IMG/VR virus record: IMGVR_UViG_3300047564_003843
Span: 1-64,000 of that record
Reading direction: 5' to 3' (one strand)
DNA length: 64,000 bases
Origin: a virus
The stretch's first letter is position 1, and every line of letters begins with the position of its first letter. The position numbers and the translations under genes are program-made. The notes beneath the pieces are model-generated. The model did no database searches. It saw only the letters and a program-made list of their open reading frames with translations, and was not told the origin of the DNA. Shown in pieces: positions 20,575 to 29,354 of this stretch.

Positions 20575-20714
20575 TTACCTAGTGTACAGGCTTTTAAAGG
20601 AGCCGTACGGAGCCACTTCATTGTACGGCAGCAGCGATTTTATGAACCTTAACGATTTCTTCTTTTGGCCTGTGAGACGGCTCCGCTTATATATAGCCTT
20701 TTGCCAAATCGTTC

Positions 20715-21215
20715 CGGGCTTTTTTTCGTTGTTTTGTTGGTTTTTGTTTTGCTGCCAGGATTGTTTTTTCTTGTGCTTTGTTATGTGCTTTTTAGTTTTT
20801 GTTTTATAAAAAGTAGGCAGGTTGTCATTGTCTTGTTATTTTTTTGTGTTTATGTGCTTGCTTTGTTGAGAGGCTCTTACTTTTTTGTGTCTATGTGCTT
20901 GTGCTTGTCAATGTTGAGTGTGTCTTGTGTTGTCTAGGTGTTGGTGCTTGGGCTAGGTGGTCAAGGTTGTCAAGGCTTGGGGCTAGTGCTTGGGCTAAGT
21001 GCTTGTGAGTAGAGGTGGGTGGGTTAGTAGGTGGTGGGTCTGGTGATAGAGGAGGTGGAGGAAGCTACTGACGAGTAGCAAATGTTTTGGCTAGAGATAC
21101 AAACAACTTGTGTAAGTCTGACCAGGTATGCCTGGTGTGCCTAGTGCTTGGCTGGTTAGTCTGGCTGGGGGCTATAGGTGGTCAGGTCTGGTCAGGTGTG
21201 TAGGGGTTATTGTGA
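20715..21215. repeat. Strand-asymmetric T/G-rich low-complexity intergenic tract
   Basis: Plus strand is strongly T/G-rich with GTGCTTG(G)GCT and GGTCA(A)GG repeats; lies between divergent transcription units. Confidence 0.75.
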
Positions 21216-21234
21216 TGTTAGAGGCTAAAACTTT

Positions 21235-21298
21235 GTTACCAAATCGTTATCAAATATGGGGGGTTATGACTTGACATAGTGCAGGAAGGTGATAGATT
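21235..21298 (+). promoter_or_regulatory. Early promoter with GTTAC-N6-GTTAT upstream box and TGCAGGAAGGTG spacer motif
   Basis: TTGACA(21271)-N16-TAGATT; direct repeat ends 20 nt before the -35. Confidence 0.7.
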
Positions 21299-21350
21299 AA
21301 GCGTGTGGTGAGAGGCTCACCGCATAACGACAAAACGAAAGAGGCACACA

Positions 21351-21560
21351 ATGAAGACTTATGGAATTTCAATCACCGCAGGTGGAAGTCAATACAACTT
21401 TCACGTTGATACAGTTCAAAAGGTTAGAGAGTTATTTACTGGCTCTCACTCTATTACAGAGTTCACCGTATACGAGCAAACACACACAGGCACAGCAATG
21501 ACTCACCGCACTATGTCTGACGCAGAGGTGCAGGACATTATCTGGGGAAGGGTTGCCTAA
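21351..21560 (+). CDS. Hypothetical early protein
   Basis: 69-aa ORF after promoter and RBS GAAAGAGG. Confidence 0.6.
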   Translation: MKTYGISITAGGSQYNFHVDTVQKVRELFTGSHSITEFTVYEQTHTGTAMTHRTMSDAEVQDIIWGRVA

Positions 21561-21676
21561 TGTTTATTCTTGACTGGATAGATGAAAACCTAGATGCACA
21601 AATGGCAGGTATAGGAGGGGCAATACTAACCGTAGTTATTATTGCAACACTTGGAGTATTGGGGGTATTCAACTAA
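21560..21676 (+). CDS. Small membrane protein (38 aa)
   Basis: MFILDWIDENLDAQMAGIGGAILTVVIIATLGVLGVFN; TAATG coupling at both ends. Confidence 0.55.
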   Translation: MFILDWIDENLDAQMAGIGGAILTVVIIATLGVLGVFN

Positions 21677-22005
21677 TGACAAACGCTCTAGTAATCACCG
21701 CAGAAGGTGAGATTAAAACTCTGGACAATACAGGGTTGCAAGCTTTACAATCCGCAGTAGGTGGTTGGGTTCAGGCTATTGACTTAGCAAACGACCTAAC
21801 TATCTGGGTCAATGAGGAAGGCAAACTCATTGGGCTACCGCACAATCAAACCGCACAGAAACTCTGGGACAAGACTTTCTGGGTAGGCTCTGACTTTATC
21901 GTTGGCGATGTCGTCCTCACAGGTGGCACAGGGGAAGAGGGTGAGACTCTGGCTCTGGCTAAAGACACCGAACAACGAGTCCGCGAGTTACTGGTTGCCT
22001 CCTAG
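21676..22005 (+). CDS. DUF3846-family protein
   Basis: LQALQSAVGGWVQ..IWVNEEGKLIGLPHN..DFIVGDVVLTG. Confidence 0.75.
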   Translation: MTNALVITAEGEIKTLDNTGLQALQSAVGGWVQAIDLANDLTIWVNEEGKLIGLPHNQTAQKLWDKTFWVGSDFIVGDVVLTGGTGEEGETLALAKDTEQRVRELLVAS

Positions 22006-22020
22006 ATAACTCGAACGAAA

Positions 22021-22052
22021 GACCCTCCCTCCCTTTCTAGGGGGGGTTTTTT
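22021..22052 (+). terminator. Intrinsic terminator
   Basis: C-rich/G-rich stem (ACCCTCCCT...AG-G-run-T) followed by a T run. Confidence 0.65.
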
Positions 22053-22116
22053 GTTATCAAAATGTGATGTAATAAACAGCGATTCGACTTGCAATAGTGC
22101 AGGAAGGTGCTATTGT
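22053..22116 (+). promoter_or_regulatory. Early promoter with GTTAT-N6-GTGAT box and spacer motif
   Basis: TTGCAA(22089)-tagTGCAGGAAGGTGc-TATTGT. Confidence 0.65.
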
Positions 22117-22149
22117 TCTACTTAGAGGCAAACGACGAAAGGAAAACAA

Positions 22150-22383
22150 ATGTCAAGCAACTATCCCGCAGGTGTTACAGGAAACGAATACCAAATCTCA
22201 GGGGCTCAGCACGAGTGGAGTGATGTTCGTGCAGAGGCTTGCTATAACGAAGAGTGCAAGATGTTTGAGGTTGAAGATGTCGAAGCAGATGTCGAAATCG
22301 AATTGTCACACGACACCGAATACTACGAGTGGAAGTGTCCAACTTGTGGGGCAACTAGAGACATTGAAAGAAATGTCGAGTAG
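22150..22383 (+). CDS. Small zinc-ribbon protein
   Basis: NYPAGVTG..CYNEEC..CPTCG; AACGACGAAAGG RBS. Confidence 0.65.
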   Translation: MSSNYPAGVTGNEYQISGAQHEWSDVRAEACYNEECKMFEVEDVEADVEIELSHDTEYYEWKCPTCGATRDIERNVE

Positions 22384-22392
22384 GCGTGTCGC

Positions 22393-22420
22393 TTGACAAA
22401 GTGCAGGAAGGTGTTAAAGT
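22393..22420 (+). promoter_or_regulatory. Early promoter
   Basis: TTGACA-aagTGCAGGAAGGTGt-TAAAGT. Confidence 0.7.
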
Positions 22421-22471
22421 TCTACCTATAAGGCAAACGCCTTATAGAAACAAACGACGAAAGGGAAACAA

Positions 22472-22636
22472 ATGAAGTGCAAAGTTCCAAACTGTGAGAG
22501 CACAGACCTAGTATTCTCAGGCACAGACGCTTTTCAACTAGGGCTCCCAGCAACAGAGAAGTATTGCCGTGGTTGTGCCGTAGCGTATTACATAATCAAG
22601 CAAGATGTAGACGCTCTAATTCAAGCAACAGCATAA
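22472..22636 (+). CDS. Small zinc-binding protein (54 aa)
   Basis: MKCKVPNC..YCRGCA; AACGACGAAAGG RBS. Confidence 0.6.
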   Translation: MKCKVPNCESTDLVFSGTDAFQLGLPATEKYCRGCAVAYYIIKQDVDALIQATA

Positions 22637-22653
22637 AACTTAATAGATTTAAG

Positions 22654-22687
22654 AAGACCCTCCAGGAAACTGGGGGGTTTTTCTTTT
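22654..22687. terminator. Intrinsic terminator between convergent units
   Basis: ACCCTCCAG-GAAA-CTGGGGGGT then T-rich run. Confidence 0.65.
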
Positions 22688-22825
22688 GCAGCAGAGACAC
22701 AGGAGAGCTTGACGGGGTAAAAATTTAGGCAGCCAAGCTCTCCCGCACCTTGCGTTGTCCAAACAAAAACGCCCAGCGTTCTGATTTTCTCAGATTTACT
22801 GGGCGTTGATGCTGTAAAAACTAAA

Positions 22826-23314
22826 CTATGGGAGAACCTCAACTGAAGTTCCAGCGAATACAGCCTCAATCATCTCTTGTGAGTAGATGTCTGAAGCAAC
22901 CGCGTTATCACTCTTGAAGTCTTCAAGGGCTTTTGCAGTTCCCGCACTAATCCAACCTTGCTTGTCGTCTCCAGCAGTCGCATAACCAAGTTCGATTAGG
23001 CGTATCTGAAGCACAGCAACAGAGTTACTGTTCCTTGCATACTCAGATTCAAAGACAACTTTAGAAAGATAAACAGAAGTTCCATCGGCGATCTGCGATC
23101 CGACCACGGATTTTTTACCCCTGGTCTTCTTGTCAGTTGGCGCGATCTGTTCTTCAACCGCAACAACTTCAGGCTCAACTACGATGGCAACTGGTTCTTC
23201 AACCTTGACCATCTCAGGTGCTGGCTCAGCCATCACAACAGGGAGAGTTTCAGGCTCAACTGCGAGCGCCTTAGGCTCTTCCATCTCATACAAACGCTCT
23301 GGTTCTTGACTCAT
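22826..23314 (-). CDS. Peptidoglycan-binding-domain protein
   Basis: SNSVAVLQIRLIELGY..GWISAGTAKALEDFK resembles PG_binding_1. Confidence 0.55.
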   Translation of the reverse strand: MSQEPERLYEMEEPKALAVEPETLPVVMAEPAPEMVKVEEPVAIVVEPEVVAVEEQIAPTDKKTRGKKSVVGSQIADGTSVYLSKVVFESEYARNSNSVAVLQIRLIELGYATAGDDKQGWISAGTAKALEDFKSDNAVASDIYSQEMIEAVFAGTSVEVLP

Positions 23315-23316
23315 AA

Positions 23317-23964
23317 CTATCCTTTGGTTGGGTATTCAGCAAGGAAAGATTCAAACCTTTCACTGCCATTATTATAGCCAGTAACCTTCCACGCTGAGAA
23401 GTTAGTTCCTGCACCACTCATATGGAAAGCAACCTCCGCGTTAGTCACAGGGTTGAGTAGGTCTTCGTTCTTCTTGAGTTCAAACTTCTCGATGCGTGCA
23501 TCTCCAAGTGCTCCAATCATATTGATTTGGAACAACCCGTAAGAGTTATCGCCTGTTCGAGTATTTGAGTTATGGGCTTTAGGACGAGCATTGGACTCAG
23601 TCATTACAACTGCCCAAGCGGTCTTCAAGCCTTGACCCTCAAACCCAACGAGTCTGAGTAAGGTCTTCAGTTCTAGAGCAGCAAGGGGAACAGTTCGGTC
23701 TTCGAACAGCTCAAGCTGCATCTGGGTTCTTAGATTTTTTACCTCTTGGAGCTTCTCCTCTTTGGACTCAGCTCCAGCTATCCGTGCTGCTGCCATATTG
23801 ATGAGCCGCACTTCTTCCAATACAACAGCGGGTGCTGCTGCTCCTGCGTTCGTTTCATTAGTTTCTGCACTTGCTGCCGCACTCCATACGACTGCTCCTG
23901 CTAGCACTGCTGCTATCACACCAAACGTAGTAGTTTCGGCATGGCGAAATAAAGGGTTTCGCAT
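23317..23964 (-). CDS. Secreted lytic transglycosylase (SLT/lysozyme-like)
   Basis: N-terminal signal/TM segment; AVVMTESN (catalytic Glu), SYGLFQINM, NPVTNAEVA..W. Confidence 0.75.
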   Translation of the reverse strand: MRNPLFRHAETTTFGVIAAVLAGAVVWSAAASAETNETNAGAAAPAVVLEEVRLINMAAARIAGAESKEEKLQEVKNLRTQMQLELFEDRTVPLAALELKTLLRLVGFEGQGLKTAWAVVMTESNARPKAHNSNTRTGDNSYGLFQINMIGALGDARIEKFELKKNEDLLNPVTNAEVAFHMSGAGTNFSAWKVTGYNNGSERFESFLAEYPTKG

Positions 23965-24111
23965 TTGCTTCTCCTTTGTTAGGGGACATGGGCAGGTTGC
24001 TAGTTACTCGCAACCAATGGGCTAGGACGCCCTTCGTTTTGTCTAATGTGTCGTTTCATCTATAAAACCATAGCACAGATGCAGAAAAGGCTGTCAAACC
24101 AAGACACGCAC

Positions 24112-24507
24112 CTACGCCTGAGGGTAACTGTATTCTTCCTCATACCAGCGTGAACCTAAAGTGCTTGCCTTTTTGGTCTTTTTACGCTTGTCAGACACTT
24201 CTAACATCTCATACCAGACTCCGTGCAGAGGCTCCGCGAAATCATAACCGCGTGTCTTTGTCACCTGAGTCTTGAAATTGTCATAGTTCAACTCCTCAAC
24301 TCGGGTTGCAAGCCATTGAGTCAGTTGTTCTTTTGTCAGGTAGATGCGATATTCATAATCACGATGCTCGAGTTCTACAATTTTTACCCTGAACATCTTC
24401 ACAAAACCTTCTAACGACTTCTTATCGCGAGCGCGAACAGAAATCTTAGTTCGGTCTTCCTTTGAAACAACCGCACTAACAAAACCTGTATCAGTAAATA
24501 ACCACAT
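24112..24507 (-). CDS. Conserved phage hypothetical protein
   Basis: MWLFTDTGFVSAV..VRAR..DYEYR..YDNFK pattern. Confidence 0.6.
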   Translation of the reverse strand: MWLFTDTGFVSAVVSKEDRTKISVRARDKKSLEGFVKMFRVKIVELEHRDYEYRIYLTKEQLTQWLATRVEELNYDNFKTQVTKTRGYDFAEPLHGVWYEMLEVSDKRKKTKKASTLGSRWYEEEYSYPQA

Positions 24508-24654
24508 TTATTCTCTCCCACTCAAGATGGCAAACGAAATTGCTGTTGCACCAAACGCCATCACTAAATCAGATGCACCAAATACCGCAGAGATTACTGA
24601 ACCTACAACGGCGAGCGCAGAAATCAACGCTGTCCAAACAATGTTCTTAGGCAT
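24508..24654 (-). CDS. Small membrane protein (48 aa)
   Basis: MPKNIVWTALISALAVVGSVISAVFG...; fills the gap between coupled genes. Confidence 0.5.
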   Translation of the reverse strand: MPKNIVWTALISALAVVGSVISAVFGASDLVMAFGATAISFAILSGRE

Positions 24655-24844
24655 TGACTACGCTCCTATCTGGGCGAGTTCGCCCAACTAATCTTTGAGA
24701 TGGGTCTCTAAACTCCACCCCACCTGCTCTAATGGCTTTGCGTGCTGTCCTGTAGGCAACTCCCAACTTCTGGGCTACTGCCTCGACTGCCAAACCATCT
24801 ACATACATCTTTGCTGCTTCTTCAGCCAAACGCTGGCTCTTCAT
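24647..24844 (-). CDS. Small HTH DNA-binding protein
   Basis: MYVDGLAVEAVAQKLGVAYRTARKAI. Confidence 0.65.
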   Translation of the reverse strand: MKSQRLAEEAAKMYVDGLAVEAVAQKLGVAYRTARKAIRAGGVEFRDPSQRLVGRTRPDRSVVNA

Positions 24845-24846
24845 TT

Positions 24847-25335
24847 TTACTCTCCATCTCTCGGTCGTTGGACTGTGTGCTTTGGGTCGAAACCCATATC
24901 ACGCATTTTCTGTTCCATCTCTTCTCCACCATCTTCACCTGAAACGGCACGACCCGTCTTCCAAGTAAAAGGCGTTGTATCTCCCATCGCTAAAACAAAC
25001 AAGTGATACTGATTAGCACCATCAACTAACAATGCTTCAGGTGGGAAAATCTCTATTGCTTCTCGTTGAGCACCCGCAAGTTCGTTCTTGATGCGTTGGA
25101 AATGACGCCAATCTCGAATAGCCTTGCGCTGTTGATGTCTAATGCTGAGGTGCATCGGACCATCTGCTCCGTGTGCTGTTAGGTATTTCCTAAACACCAC
25201 ATAAAACTTGTTCTGCCACATTGTTTCTTGGTCACTTAGTAAATCAGGTCTAGGTTTCCCATCAACATACGGCGTGCACTCAACAAACTCGTCCCAAGTC
25301 GGCGCTGTTGTGCCAGCTTTTTTACCCCCTGACAT
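24847..25335 (-). CDS. Conserved phage protein
   Basis: HLSIR..IRDWRHFQRIKNELAG..EAIEIFP..LVDGANQYHL pattern. Confidence 0.65.
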   Translation of the reverse strand: MSGGKKAGTTAPTWDEFVECTPYVDGKPRPDLLSDQETMWQNKFYVVFRKYLTAHGADGPMHLSIRHQQRKAIRDWRHFQRIKNELAGAQREAIEIFPPEALLVDGANQYHLFVLAMGDTTPFTWKTGRAVSGEDGGEEMEQKMRDMGFDPKHTVQRPRDGE

Positions 25336-25337
25336 CT

Positions 25338-25517
25338 TCAGCCCCCAATCTTCGGGAGAGGAAGGTTTCTTACATACGCCTTCCGTGCTTCTTTTGTTGG
25401 TAGCGCATCACGCTCTGCTAATTGTGCGTCTGTCATAAAGGCAAACTTCAATAGGAAGTCCGCGAAGTCGCTATCTGAAATCTCAGATAGGTCTTGACCA
25501 AATCTTCCCTTACGCAT
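25338..25517 (-). CDS. Hypothetical protein
   Basis: Coupled ORF starting MRKGRFGQ. Confidence 0.45.
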   Translation of the reverse strand: MRKGRFGQDLSEISDSDFADFLLKFAFMTDAQLAERDALPTKEARKAYVRNLPLPKIGG

Positions 25518-25726
25518 TACTTGCCCCCAAACTGACACTCAATGATGTCGCCCCAGCAATAACCATTTTCTGTCCACCACAAGTTCTTTGCAACTGTCCA
25601 AATCACGGCGAGCGCGATTATTGCGATTAGAGTGAATACAACATTACGGCGCACTACATACTTGCGCTCTTGCTTCCACTTGGAAGTGTCGAACATAAAT
25701 ACTGCCTCTAGCACTTTGTCGAACAT
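25517..25726 (-). CDS. Small membrane protein
   Basis: One TM segment; AATGACGAAAGG RBS. Confidence 0.55.
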   Translation of the reverse strand: MFDKVLEAVFMFDTSKWKQERKYVVRRNVVFTLIAIIALAVIWTVAKNLWWTENGYCWGDIIECQFGGK

Positions 25727-25760
25727 TTTGTTTCCTTTCGTCATTTTGTCTTACTGGATA

Positions 25761-25790
25761 AGTTTATTACATCTTCCTGCATTTTGTCAA
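25761..25790 (-). promoter_or_regulatory. Early promoter
   Basis: TTGACA-aaaTGCAGGAAGATGtaa-TAAACT. Confidence 0.65.
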
Positions 25791-25792
25791 AT

Positions 25793-25951
25793 CTATCGGC
25801 GAGCCTTTCGGCGCAAGTTCCAGACATAGAGAGCGTGTAGGAGTTCCTGCACTATCTCTAGGAAGGTAAGTTCCTGTCGGCTTCTACGGCTACGGCGTGG
25901 CTTTAGACGCTTGTAAGTTCCGTAAATCGCACTATCAGGTAGTCCTCGCAT
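25793..25951 (-). CDS. Small basic protein (52 aa)
   Basis: MRGLPDSAIYGTYKRLKPRR...; own promoter and AACGACGAAAGG RBS. Confidence 0.5.
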   Translation of the reverse strand: MRGLPDSAIYGTYKRLKPRRSRRSRQELTFLEIVQELLHALYVWNLRRKARR

Positions 25952-25987
25952 TGTCTTTCCTTTCGTCGTTTTGTTCTTACATAGAGA

Positions 25988-26015
25988 ACTTTACTCAGAA
26001 ATGCAGGAAAGTCAA
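25988..26015 (-). promoter_or_regulatory. Early promoter with inverted spacer motif
   Basis: TTGACT-TTCCTGCAtttctgag-TAAAGT; CRP-like TGTGA-N6-CCACA at 26047-26062. Confidence 0.55.
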
Positions 26016-26146
26016 GTCGAAATGGCAGGAAAATGAAATAATTTTTTGTGATAAAGACCACAGTCAAAATGTCCGAATTGTCTTAACACTTTTGAGGTCA
26101 AGGCGGAGAGGGGCTTTTCAACTTCCAAATAACTTTTTGTAGATGG

Positions 26147-26728
26147 TTAGCCTGGCTGACGGCACTCATCTTGCTGAACAGAGATGAGCAACTGACCACC
26201 AGTATTAGGGTCAAGCCTTGTTGCAACCTCTAGCGAGCGCCGAACCGCAGCACGCACAGCAGTTAGCGTAAATTTTTTACCCTCAAGCTGACTATGCAGC
26301 GAACCCAGAGCGTATTCTCCTCCAGAACCAAACGCATAAATTCCGCTTTGGTCACGGCACCAATCGTAACCAGAGCCAATCTCGTAGATGCGTCCGTGCA
26401 CAACGCAGAGGATTTCTGACTCTTGGTTTCCCTTTTCCCCGTATTGAACTTCATCAAACAATGATTTCAACTCAGGTATGAATTTACTTGAGACGAATTT
26501 GTCTAGTCTGCTTCCAGAACAGTTCACGGGAGGAACAGGTGGCTTGAACTGATAAGCAAGTAAGTTGATAGCACGCATATCGCCCGCAGCACCAAACAAG
26601 AAAGGACCATTTCTCATTATCTTTGGATTATCTTTAGGAAGGATAAAAATTTTATTGTCTTCAGTAACTTGGCTGTCGCAGCCAACGACTGCCCAAGTAG
26701 GTCCTTGCACTGCTACCATCGTTGTCAT
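26147..26728 (-). CDS. Proteasome beta/HslV-like Ntn threonine protease
   Basis: N-terminal MTT, CDSQ, K (NPKI), GAAGD, FGSGG, DPNTGG: the Ntn-hydrolase catalytic pattern. Confidence 0.8.
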   Translation of the reverse strand: MTTMVAVQGPTWAVVGCDSQVTEDNKIFILPKDNPKIMRNGPFLFGAAGDMRAINLLAYQFKPPVPPVNCSGSRLDKFVSSKFIPELKSLFDEVQYGEKGNQESEILCVVHGRIYEIGSGYDWCRDQSGIYAFGSGGEYALGSLHSQLEGKKFTLTAVRAAVRRSLEVATRLDPNTGGQLLISVQQDECRQPG

Positions 26729-26730
26729 TA

Positions 26731-26976
26731 CTACTCCCAGAGCAAATCACGAAGTAGAAAGTCGTATCTTCCACCATCTTGGGTGTGCTTTTTTGCAGAG
26801 ATATCTTCTTCTTCTATTAAAGTATCTAAATCAAGAACAGCCGTATAGCCTTCTTCTTCAAACATAATTACTAACTTGACGCGACCATCATTAGCATCGT
26901 CAATCAACGCAGCAACAAACCTCTCACCTTCAGGGTTTGGGTGAACAGAGGAGTCAAGGATTTCTACATCAGCCAT
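26731..26976 (-). CDS. Acidic hypothetical protein
   Basis: 81 aa; leaderless start TAGTAT-6nt-ATG. Confidence 0.55.
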   Translation of the reverse strand: MADVEILDSSVHPNPEGERFVAALIDDANDGRVKLVIMFEEEGYTAVLDLDTLIEEEDISAKKHTQDGGRYDFLLRDLLWE

Positions 26977-27172
26977 AGATACATACTAAACCGCATACAG
27001 GGAAGTGATAGGAAAAGACTCGACACCTCTCCCCCGCTAGGGGTTGCGGGCGGAGGGTGCGGCAGGGGGTAGCAGTCCCGCCTCATCAACACACCGCGAG
27101 CGCGAAGCTCCAGCTGCGTGTGCTGGAGCTCTAGAATAAAACAGAATTTTTACCCTGATTTCCTTCAGGAGC

Positions 27173-27391
27173 TCACTCCTCGACAATCCCAATCTCATTG
27201 GCTACTGCCTCTAAGTCCCACCCGTAGTAGCCCAACATAAACTGTTTTGCCAAGCGAATAGCGAAATCATCATCATCTTCGCCTTCCGCACGCTTGCTCT
27301 CCTCAAGGACAACTGTGGTCATCAGGCTGAAGTAGTCACCCACAAATAAAACTGTCCGCGAAAGATTTATCTCGTCTATGCTCTCACTCAT
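27173..27391 (-). CDS. Hypothetical protein
   Basis: 72-aa coupled ORF. Confidence 0.55.
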   Translation of the reverse strand: MSESIDEINLSRTVLFVGDYFSLMTTVVLEESKRAEGEDDDDFAIRLAKQFMLGYYGWDLEAVANEIGIVEE

Positions 27392-27753
27392 TATTTCCAG
27401 CCCCCCAAACCATCAGCAAAGTAAGTTCTTCCTGTCATAGCATCTCCTTCGTGCTTCCAAGCCCAATCACAGCAGGGCTTGGTTTTATCGTCAGTTGGGT
27501 GAAGACCTCTCGGTAACTTAGCCGCAAGCATCGGGAAAGTTTGTAACATCTTAAGTATGCACTCGTGACATAGGTTCCACTCCAAATTTTTATCCCCCAT
27601 CGCTGGAGCATTGTCTATGAAACCCCCGTAGTAACCTAACTCTTGAAAATTAAATGCGATGCCATTATCAACAACTTCTTCTTGACTATGGCACTCTTTG
27701 GGAACACCGCACGCATCACAGGTCTGATACCCGTAGAAAGGTTCAGTCGTCAT
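27391..27753 (-). CDS. Zinc-binding hypothetical protein
   Basis: CDAC..GYYGGFID..LCHEC; likely start MTTEPF. Confidence 0.55.
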   Translation of the reverse strand: MTTEPFYGYQTCDACGVPKECHSQEEVVDNGIAFNFQELGYYGGFIDNAPAMGDKNLEWNLCHECILKMLQTFPMLAAKLPRGLHPTDDKTKPCCDWAWKHEGDAMTGRTYFADGLGGWK

Positions 27754-27919
27754 AGCAACCACAACAATCAACACAGAGTCTGTCATCATCTTTGGAGCAG
27801 TTCGGACACAAGTATTGGTCTAGTGTCTTCTCAGGTTCTTTGCACTCTTCGCAAATAATCTTTTCTAACTCTTGGATAGACATATCCCGTAAGTGTTTTC
27901 TGTCTTCAGTTGCTGACAT
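27743..27919 (-). CDS. Small Cys-rich protein (58 aa)
   Basis: MSATEDRKH..CEEC..CPNC..CVDCCGC. Confidence 0.5.
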   Translation of the reverse strand: MSATEDRKHLRDMSIQELEKIICEECKEPEKTLDQYLCPNCSKDDDRLCVDCCGCYDD

Positions 27920-27921
27920 TT

Positions 27922-28116
27922 TTACCCCTTCACTTCATAGAAACATTTCATACCAACATCTTCTTTTGATTTGATGAGGGATTTTACATAATCCCCCATC
28001 AACTCTCCAGCCCTGACTTCCGCATCATACATATCCGCATCAGAGTCTCCGACAAGTTCTTCTAAGTCGTATTCTTTTACAAGGCTTACTACTATCTTTG
28101 TTTTTCTTTTTGCCAT
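27922..28116 (-). CDS. Hypothetical protein
   Basis: 64-aa coupled ORF. Confidence 0.5.
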   Translation of the reverse strand: MAKRKTKIVVSLVKEYDLEELVGDSDADMYDAEVRAGELMGDYVKSLIKSKEDVGMKCFYEVKG

Positions 28117-28406
28117 TAGTCTATTCCGAGTTCTTCACGAATAGTATCCACTGCTTCTAGCCACACTTGCGCACGGACTTCATTGAGGACTTCATCGTTC
28201 TCCCAGAGTCTAAGGAACTTTATCCATTGTTCGTCTGTGATTTCAACACCAAGGTCTGACTCAACATCTGATTTACTGTAGATATTGTAAGAAACAATTT
28301 CGTTCTCATCAAACTCTTGTTCAAGATACTCGCCAACTAACCCCGCAGTTAGAAACTCGCTATCTTCTTCTTCTAGTTCTTCTAGTTCTTCTACTTCCTT
28401 GCTCAT
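28116..28406 (-). CDS. Very acidic small protein
   Basis: E/D-rich; ATGA overlap with the upstream gene. Confidence 0.55.
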   Translation of the reverse strand: MSKEVEELEELEEEDSEFLTAGLVGEYLEQEFDENEIVSYNIYSKSDVESDLGVEITDEQWIKFLRLWENDEVLNEVRAQVWLEAVDTIREELGID

Positions 28407-28597
28407 AGTGCATACTCCATTTCCCAAGAAACATCAGGCCAATGCAGGTCGTGTTTATCGGAGTCTATTGCCCCTAGGTCGTCTAGGTGCGAGTTTATTT
28501 TTTTATTTGCTTCTGCCTCATTTTTAGCAGAAACAATTCCAGAAAGTTTTATTACAAACGCAAAGTTTTGCTCTACCGCATCTTTTTTATTTGTCAT
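28403..28597 (-). CDS. Hypothetical protein
   Basis: 64-aa coupled ORF. Confidence 0.5.
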   Translation of the reverse strand: MTNKKDAVEQNFAFVIKLSGIVSAKNEAEANKKINSHLDDLGAIDSDKHDLHWPDVSWEMEYAL

Positions 28598-29109
28598 TTT
28601 ATATAACCCCCTAAAAAACCTTGATTCTTTTTATGGCGAAAGTTTTTTATATTAAAAGTAGTGTGACCCGTAGCCTCTGCTATTTCACGGGCAGTTATTT
28701 TATTGTCTATGGCAAGAATTATTAGTTCTTGCTTTCTTTTCTTCAGGTCGGAATACTGTTTAGAGATAATTTCCAACTCGGTAAGGATTTTTACCGCAGT
28801 AGTATCTACTGTTACTGACTTTGGTCTGCCTACTCTAAACTTTTGTGTAGATTTCACCTCACCTTTTTGAGTGAAACCAATAGAGTAACTCTGCTTTACT
28901 CTTTTATAACGATTAGTTATTGCTTGACTACTTTGATAACCTAAAGCAAGAGCAAGTTCTACTGCTGTAACTCCTCTTTCAATTTCATCTACAATCAGTT
29001 TGTCAAACTCTAAAACTTCAACCGCAGCTCTATTGCCACCCCACGCTTTCTTTTGGTCTGGTTTTAGTTCTAGTAATCTCGCAACTACTTTCTCATCTGC
29101 TTTCGTCAT
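28594..29109 (-). CDS. Putative DNA-binding protein (two HTH-like motifs)
   Basis: GVTAVELALALGYQSSQAI and ITAREIAEATGHT. Confidence 0.55.
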   Translation of the reverse strand: MTKADEKVVARLLELKPDQKKAWGGNRAAVEVLEFDKLIVDEIERGVTAVELALALGYQSSQAITNRYKRVKQSYSIGFTQKGEVKSTQKFRVGRPKSVTVDTTAVKILTELEIISKQYSDLKKRKQELIILAIDNKITAREIAEATGHTTFNIKNFRHKKNQGFLGGYIK

Positions 29110-29111
29110 TT

Positions 29112-29354
29112 TTATCCTTCCTGCTCTGAGATATATTGAGAAATCTCTTCTCTTGTGAGTCCTGTAGTCATTTGATACCGCACCCACAAATCACCTGTTG
29201 TTGCATACATTTCCATTAACGCAAACAACTTATCCATTGAGTAATCTTTATGATTTTTATGCTTGTTGAGTTGTTCTTGCATAAAGGTAAGCAGTAGTGC
29301 CATACCCATCGCAGATAGTTCTGCTTCTTTTTCAGTTAATTCAATCTGTGCCAT
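29112..29354 (-). CDS. Hypothetical protein
   Basis: 80 aa; AATGACGAGAGG RBS. Confidence 0.55.
   Translation of the reverse strand: MAQIELTEKEAELSAMGMALLLTFMQEQLNKHKNHKDYSMDKLFALMEMYATTGDLWVRYQMTTGLTREEISQYISEQEG

Noticed and set aside
20665-20937. 90-aa hydrophobic ORF
   Set aside because: A by-product of the T/G-rich low-complexity tract, with no RBS or promoter support.
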